From assembly GCA_964402035.1 (NCBI GenBank), contig CAYOAM010000001.1, positions 243,558-307,557 on the forward strand: a stretch of 64,000 nucleotides of DNA, read 5' to 3'. The notes under the pieces are model-generated. The model saw only the letters and a program-made list of their open reading frames with translations. It was not told the DNA's origin and did not search any database. The position numbers and the translations under genes are program-made. Each line of letters begins with the position of its first letter. Positions within the stretch are counted from its first letter, which is position 1. Shown here piece by piece: positions 58,663 to 64,000 of this stretch. Origin of the DNA: an uncultured Candidatus Saccharibacteria bacterium (GTDB lineage: Bacteria; Patescibacteriota; Minisyncoccia; Phycocordibacterales; UBA918).

Positions 58663-60750
58663 TTAAATTTCAGCCAATATCTGAATCGTACCTTGGGCGC
58701 CGTCAATACGAACTCGTTCGCCTACACGCAGTGTCTTTTGCGGTGCCACTACCACCGGGATACGATACTCACGAGCAACAATTGCAAGGTGCGATAAGAT
58801 TCCACCTTGCTTTGAAATAATTCCTGCAATCCGATCAAAGTACATGGTGAGCTTTGGATCCAACGTATCGACCAATAAAATCGACCCTTCTGGCATCACA
58901 TCTCCCGCAGCTACTAGCACCCCTTCCGCGACCCCCGAAGAAACACCTTGGTTCGTATCAAGCGTGGATGTTGAGACACTGGCAATAGTCTGCGGAAACT
59001 CATAGGTGCTCTGTACTTCATATTCAGATTTTCTTTGCTCAAGAGATTCTTTGTCAAAACGACCCGTACGCGCCTCATCAAGTGTCAAATAATACATGAA
59101 GTGTTCGTATTCTAACCCGACCAGGGTACGCAAAGCGTTTCGTAGACCGGATAGACACATAACCGTAATCCAGCGCCCTTCTTCTCGCAGTATTTCATAT
59201 TGTCGTGCAGAATGTATGGCATCTTTAATATCTGCGGATTCTTTTGTCGATCGTTGCTGCCACCACCGCTGAATTGCTTCATCGTCAAAAGAAGCAGCCT
59301 CCATACGTGCGCGAAAAACACTCTCATCTCCAATATTTAGAGAATTGCCGACCATCTGGCCTTCTATTTCTGAAAGAAGGCTACTACTAGCATGCGTCTC
59401 AACGGAGGAGATCACCGATGTACCAAGAAGCTCATGTGCTTTATAGGGAGTATTTTTTAGCACACTGTCGAGTTTTTTAAATACTTTTTCAGCAATGATA
59501 TTTACAGCAAAAATATCTGTGTACGCGGCAACAAGCATCAAGAGCCAGTCTGAAAAAGTGTGGTCTTGAGATGCCATTTGTCTTATTTTTTGCACATGCG
59601 CACGAAATAGATCGTGTGTCAGAGCCCAGTCATGTGTCGGTATCTGTTGGAGATAATAGACATTCCGAAGCGTGGTCCATAATCCTCGCAGAGTTACAAT
59701 ACGTGGTGAAAGCGATGCAGTGCCAAAATAGGAATGTGTGGGGAAAAAATTCTGCAGTTCTGCTTGCTTATCGATGTATAGGGTGTTTTTAAACACCTGT
59801 ATCATGGATTCCGGTTCGTATTGTATGTGGAAACGTTTGTACGCTACAGCGATCGCTCCGTCTTTTTGATAGAGATAGAGTAGTATGTCGCGTGCAAGTG
59901 GGTATGGTTTTGTAAAAGAATCAGCCAAGGTAGTCTGATCATAATAAAAGTCATCAGCAGCGATTGTTACATCCAAGAAGCGCAATGCTCGATAGCGTGA
60001 TTCTGAAATAGTCGTAATGGGTCTTGTCTGCAATACATACACAACCCCCTTGATTATCGCCCACTCAACATCCTGTGGAGCGTCATATTCTTGCTCAAGC
60101 TTTTTTGTGAGCGCAACAAGGTCGCCAAAACCAGCAAATGGAATAGGCGACGGTATTTTTTTACAAGAGAAAACCAAACGCTCTGAAGCTCCTCCACCAA
60201 CGACATCCGCACCGTTACCCTCTTTCCATTCAACAACCATTTCATAGCCACCCAGCGGATTGCGACTAAAAATAACACCTGCAATATCTGGTTCAACGTA
60301 CGCTTGAATAATAAGAGAAAAAGGATGTGCTACTGTCGCGTAGCCTTTTGCCTGTGCTTCTGCGATCACCGCATGTATCGCCGCTCCAATATCGTGAGGC
60401 GACACGTCAAGTTTCGTCATAAATGCCCCCGCATGTGAATGCGTACCACCATCTTCTCCTTGAGCACTCGAACGAACAGCATACCGTTGTGCTACAACAT
60501 CTCGTGATATCGCGGATACCAGAGGCATTAACAGCTCCTGCGGATCGCCGGCGTACACAAGGTCCTGAACCGTCTCAATACTTATCGCAACAAACGCAGG
60601 CACACGGTATCCGTGCTCATGACACTGTGCAAGCCGCACTGTTTTTTGGCCGAATAATTGAGCGCGTGCAAGAACCTCCGTTGGAGCAAATACAAGCGGC
60701 TCTTCTGCATTTCTTCTATTCTCCATAGGTATGCAGGTAACCCAATCCAA
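58663..60750 (-). CDS. PEP-utilising enzyme with RPH-like architecture (N-terminal PPDK_N/ATP-grasp, C-terminal swivelling His domain)
   Basis: C-terminal GIISKQGGILSHLAIVAREYRIPVVV is the PEP-utilisers mobile His domain. N-terminal region is pyruvate-phosphate-dikinase-like. Confidence 0.65.
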   Translation of the reverse strand: MDWVTCIPMENRRNAEEPLVFAPTEVLARAQLFGQKTVRLAQCHEHGYRVPAFVAISIETVQDLVYAGDPQELLMPLVSAISRDVVAQRYAVRSSAQGEDGGTHSHAGAFMTKLDVSPHDIGAAIHAVIAEAQAKGYATVAHPFSLIIQAYVEPDIAGVIFSRNPLGGYEMVVEWKEGNGADVVGGGASERLVFSCKKIPSPIPFAGFGDLVALTKKLEQEYDAPQDVEWAIIKGVVYVLQTRPITTISESRYRALRFLDVTIAADDFYYDQTTLADSFTKPYPLARDILLYLYQKDGAIAVAYKRFHIQYEPESMIQVFKNTLYIDKQAELQNFFPTHSYFGTASLSPRIVTLRGLWTTLRNVYYLQQIPTHDWALTHDLFRAHVQKIRQMASQDHTFSDWLLMLVAAYTDIFAVNIIAEKVFKKLDSVLKNTPYKAHELLGTSVISSVETHASSSLLSEIEGQMVGNSLNIGDESVFRARMEAASFDDEAIQRWWQQRSTKESADIKDAIHSARQYEILREEGRWITVMCLSGLRNALRTLVGLEYEHFMYYLTLDEARTGRFDKESLEQRKSEYEVQSTYEFPQTIASVSTSTLDTNQGVSSGVAEGVLVAAGDVMPEGSILLVDTLDPKLTMYFDRIAGIISKQGGILSHLAIVAREYRIPVVVAPQKTLRVGERVRIDGAQGTIQILAEI

Positions 60751-61906
60751 CCAAAGGTACGGTCCCGTGAGTGTTTTGTATGGTGCCCTCTACCCAGCCT
60801 TCTGTTTTTTTTGTGGAAATAGGATGGGTAAGTTTGACCAGAATTCGGGCATTGTCAAAACTAGGAATTAATGCAGAGAATCCGATAACACCTCCCTCGT
60901 TTTCTTCCGTGACTGATCCGTCAAACGCTTTACGCGCAAAGCCATTTGTATCTTTTGTAAGTGCCCACATATGCGAAGCGTATGCCGTCGATGTACCCTG
61001 TACGTCTGATTGATCAATCAAATAAAAATTTGACTGCGCGTCCCAGAGTATCATTTGTATACTCTTCGATTTCAAAGTATCACTCCCGGCAAAAAATATA
61101 CTTGTGCGATAATCGGTCGAATAGGTCCGCTCATGCATCACAAATACTGCAAGGTCTTTGCCGTCCAAAGATATAGTCCCCTTCCCCGCACTCACATAAT
61201 TGGTAAAATCTGGTTCATTTTTTGTGATGAAATCACTCACCAATTGCTCGGTCACCAAGGTATATGTTTTCCCCATAAACGGAAATTGAAGAGTGTAGGC
61301 TTCACGCGATGAATGATCAGCGGCCACATGTCGCTCAAATCTTGAAAACAGCAGGTCAGAAAGTATCGCGCTCTGAGTCACGTCCCGCGTCTTGTATAGT
61401 AAGTCACTACGTTTTCCCACTAGCACGTTTCCACTATAATAGTGCTGAAATTGCGAATCCTTTTTCTCTTTTCGCGAGAGAGTAAGATCAATTAGTAACG
61501 GCTCACCATCTGCAGTTTTTCCAACAATCACAAATTGATCTGAAAAAAACCGATACTCGTGAGCAATAGCTTCCGTGCTCGAGCTCGTGGTTGTTGGTGG
61601 ATAGACAATTGGTGCAACGGGCGTTAGGTTTAAAAAGGAGTAAAAAAGCGCACACGAGATTCCAAAAAAGAAAGCAAGAAGTGAAACAAGAATATGACGA
61701 CCGCGTTGTATTTTTTCGAGTAGATCTTTGATGTACGGAACTATAGATAAGAGTCCTCCAAAAAATATAACCCCAATCCCTGCAAAAAGTGCATAGAGTT
61801 GCGAACCAACGTTAAAAATTATGTCAGGGGGCAATACTGCGTAGGCGTTGTGCGGCACCGCACATATGAGCAATAGTAATGTAAAAAGTTCGACAATTCC
61901 CCTCAT
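60716..61906 (-). CDS. hypothetical membrane protein
   Basis: Signal-like N-terminus, two further TM helices, then a roughly 300-aa extracytoplasmic domain with no recognised family. Overlaps the downstream PEP-enzyme gene. Confidence 0.45.
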   Translation of the reverse strand: MRGIVELFTLLLLICAVPHNAYAVLPPDIIFNVGSQLYALFAGIGVIFFGGLLSIVPYIKDLLEKIQRGRHILVSLLAFFFGISCALFYSFLNLTPVAPIVYPPTTTSSSTEAIAHEYRFFSDQFVIVGKTADGEPLLIDLTLSRKEKKDSQFQHYYSGNVLVGKRSDLLYKTRDVTQSAILSDLLFSRFERHVAADHSSREAYTLQFPFMGKTYTLVTEQLVSDFITKNEPDFTNYVSAGKGTISLDGKDLAVFVMHERTYSTDYRTSIFFAGSDTLKSKSIQMILWDAQSNFYLIDQSDVQGTSTAYASHMWALTKDTNGFARKAFDGSVTEENEGGVIGFSALIPSFDNARILVKLTHPISTKKTEGWVEGTIQNTHGTVPLVGLGYLHTYGE

Positions 61907-61954
61907 AAAAAAAGTATAGCATGGGGAGATTTGTGGTATTGATTGCCATGTACA

Positions 61955-62695
61955 TCAGGTAGAGAGTATTTGTTTAATTCTCTCAAACCATAAAGCGTAG
62001 CCTGCCGATGATGGATGGAACCCATCGATTGCCAAATACACCTTTGGCTCACGCACAAAAGGATCTATCTTCGGATCTATATAAAGATCAACATATCTCC
62101 CCCCTGCCTTCGAAACAATATCTGCAAATGCTGCATGGTAGCGGAGCGTCTGTTTTGTATAGTACGGCTTAATAAACCAAGGGAATGCGCTTGCGGCTCC
62201 AACATTTCCCGCCATCAAGACGACAAGATGATCATGTGGAGGAAGTGCGACAAGTGCGTCCTTAAGCATCGTACTCACCTCCTCAATATCATGAAAATGA
62301 GTGACGTCATTGGCTCCTACCTGCAGCACTATGTATGCATAGTGTGGTAGTTTTGTTTTTCCAATTTGACCTTGTACATCTGGAACCTGCGCTCCTGATA
62401 CTGCTTGATTTTCAACGTAGGTAGCTCCCACTTCCTTTGCAACGAGTCCAGGTACGGATTCCTCGGGACGAGTAGCTCCCACACCAACACCAGTACTATC
62501 ACCCAAAACTAGCATCGTCTTTTTAAAATTATCACTTTGCATTTGGAATGGCTCAGTGCTCGCCATAAGTGCTTCGGAAATCTGTACCTTACGCAGAGAG
62601 ATCCACACAAATAGCAGTACGGCTATGACAGCAATCGCCAATAAGATTAGAAATATTTTCATGGGGGTGTAACGATCGTTGTTATTCTGCGCCAT
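61955..62695 (-). CDS. SGNH/GDSL hydrolase family protein (membrane-anchored)
   Basis: LVLGDSTGVG (block I), GANDV (block III), DGFHPS (block V). Alternative start at an internal Met near 62662. Confidence 0.7.
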   Translation of the reverse strand: MAQNNNDRYTPMKIFLILLAIAVIAVLLFVWISLRKVQISEALMASTEPFQMQSDNFKKTMLVLGDSTGVGVGATRPEESVPGLVAKEVGATYVENQAVSGAQVPDVQGQIGKTKLPHYAYIVLQVGANDVTHFHDIEEVSTMLKDALVALPPHDHLVVLMAGNVGAASAFPWFIKPYYTKQTLRYHAAFADIVSKAGGRYVDLYIDPKIDPFVREPKVYLAIDGFHPSSAGYALWFERIKQILST

Positions 62696-62918
62696 CTTCG
62701 AGATCTACATATTGACTAAATTCCTCAAGTGCTTCTGCAACAATAGCAGCGTCAGCGTCAGATACCAAACTTTTTTTGAGTCCCAACAATACATCATAAA
62801 TTTCCCGAGGAGCATACCCACGCTCCTTGAGTTTTTCCGCTTCGCCCAAAACTTGGTTCTCATCACCACGACTTTTGGCAATAGCCTTCTCAAACATTTT
62901 TGAAAATGGGTGTGACAT
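62682..62918 (-). CDS. small acidic hypothetical protein
   Basis: 78-aa ORF whose 3' end overlaps the downstream SGNH hydrolase gene by 14 nt. Helical and Glu/Asp-rich. Confidence 0.35.
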   Translation of the reverse strand: MSHPFSKMFEKAIAKSRGDENQVLGEAEKLKERGYAPREIYDVLLGLKKSLVSDADAAIVAEALEEFSQYVDLEDGAE

Positions 62919-63169
62919 ACATCATAATCCTACCAACCAAACTCTGAATACGGAATACCTTTGAGATATAGATAATTTTTATGCTAGATAAGCCATTTAC
63001 TATAATAAATTCGATAAGGATGAAGCATGGGGATTTAGTAAACGTCTCATGGTTTTATATTTGACAAATCATATATTATCTGTTTTATTATACGTAGTTT
63101 AGTACGCAAAGATGATTGGACATACGACGTCCACATCTTTTTTGACAGTGACACAAAAGGGAGTTTTCG

Positions 63170-63826
63170 ATGAGCAGTCTGATTTTGTTCGGGATCATCG
63201 TCCTTAATGTCCTCATTTCCATCGCCAACTGCTACACAGTTGGCGTCGCATGGAAAGACACTATGACCCTCGGCAGCAAGTTCAATAGGCTGGTCCTATG
63301 GTCTGCCATTATCCAATCAGGCGTCGGCTTCTCGATGCCCATCTTGATTGGGCTTACATGGGGCTCGACACAACTACTCACAATGAGCGATGACCCAACT
63401 CTCACCACTGTCCAAGCACGACAGTTCATGGAGTGGGTTTTCAATCTCTGGTACATCGCCGTGATATTCCCAGTACTTGGAACTGGGTTCATCATTTGGG
63501 CCTATTCGCTTCGTGAAGCATATAGGCAGCGCGATTTTGCCAGCATTGCAACTTCTGGATGGAATACATTCGCCCAGATCCACAACTCCATCTCTGCAAT
63601 CGAGAATGTCGGCGGCGCATTTGGAAGTGTGAGCGACCTCTTTCGCTCAGCATTAGACGACGTCGACGACTGGAAGGGTGCGGTAGCGATTGGCGCAATC
63701 CTCGTTGCCCTCATCTCGCTCGTCGGAGGATTCATGATAGCATTCTACCTTGTGCGACACTTTGCAAAGACAAGTGAATCTCGAATTGAGGCTTATGGCA
63801 ATGAGCACCTGGCTCGCCGGCACTAA
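63170..63826 (+). CDS. hypothetical integral membrane protein in a GC-richer segment
   Basis: About 5 TM helices. Canonical AAGGGAG Shine-Dalgarno 8 nt upstream. Locally higher GC, shown by many overlapping ORFs in all frames. Confidence 0.45.
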   Translation: MSSLILFGIIVLNVLISIANCYTVGVAWKDTMTLGSKFNRLVLWSAIIQSGVGFSMPILIGLTWGSTQLLTMSDDPTLTTVQARQFMEWVFNLWYIAVIFPVLGTGFIIWAYSLREAYRQRDFASIATSGWNTFAQIHNSISAIENVGGAFGSVSDLFRSALDDVDDWKGAVAIGAILVALISLVGGFMIAFYLVRHFAKTSESRIEAYGNEHLARRH

Positions 63827-63835
63827 GCACTGCAA

Positions 63836-63872
63836 CCCCCGGGGGCAATTATTGCTCGCGGGGGTATTTTAT
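63836..63872 (+). terminator. rho-independent terminator
   Basis: cccccg ... cggggg stem enclosing a gcaa/ttgc mini-hairpin, followed by tattttattt. Confidence 0.55.
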
Positions 63873-64000
63873 TTAAAATGATTTTCAGCTATCTCTATAC
63901 TATACGGAGTAAGGTACCCGCTTCTTTTGGTGATTGCCCATGCTTTTTTCTATACAGGCTATACTAGAGTGACGAACATCGATCACTCGTATGTTAAAAG

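Overview
This 64-kb window looks like part of a compact, moderately AT-rich bacterial chromosome. Gene content and gene architecture suggest a reduced-genome lineage such as CPR/Patescibacteria, but that is an inference. It is densely coding on both strands, mostly housekeeping genes in tight operons. Main blocks, in order: the F1 ATP synthase genes atpA (5' truncated by the window edge)-atpG-atpD-atpC; several peptidases (M29-like, M3, M16 pair); ychF, leuS, mltG, mnmA, alaS; a ribosomal/RNA-polymerase block infA-rpmJ-rpsM-rpsK-rpsD-rpoA-rplQ-rplM-rpsI; grpE-dnaK-dnaJ; pepA-scpA-scpB; a cell-wall block (D-Ala-D-Ala carboxypeptidase, mraY, ftsW, murG), gltX, an M23 peptidase and a Nudix hydrolase. 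I found no rRNA, no convincing tRNA, no CRISPR array, and no transposase or integrase. The most interesting region is a minus-strand SOS module at 53.9-57.8 kb. It reads lexA2-dinB, then a small ORF-lexA1-DUF1653-CsaA-like tRNA-binding protein-RdgB/Ham1, driven by two near-identical promoters that each carry a GAAC-N4-GTTC LexA box exactly in the -35/-10 spacer. Other notable items are: an ATP-cone::Mrr-type nuclease fusion next to a Cas4-like 4-Cys nuclease and a small-alarmone-hydrolase HD protein (20.2-23.2 kb); a highly structured, ORF-free ~200-nt unit bracketed by two intrinsic terminators between rpsI and grpE, a candidate ncRNA; long-range inverted repeats abutting the leuS start and after alaS; a 583-bp ORF-free AT-rich tract flanked by direct repeats; an AT-rich islet with an unknown protein, a Cys-rich anchored protein and an orphan multi-TM histidine kinase; and a recurrent leaderless promoter pattern with the -10 hexamer 6-9 nt upstream of the ATG. 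Coordinates of small motifs were counted by hand and may be off by 1-2 nt.
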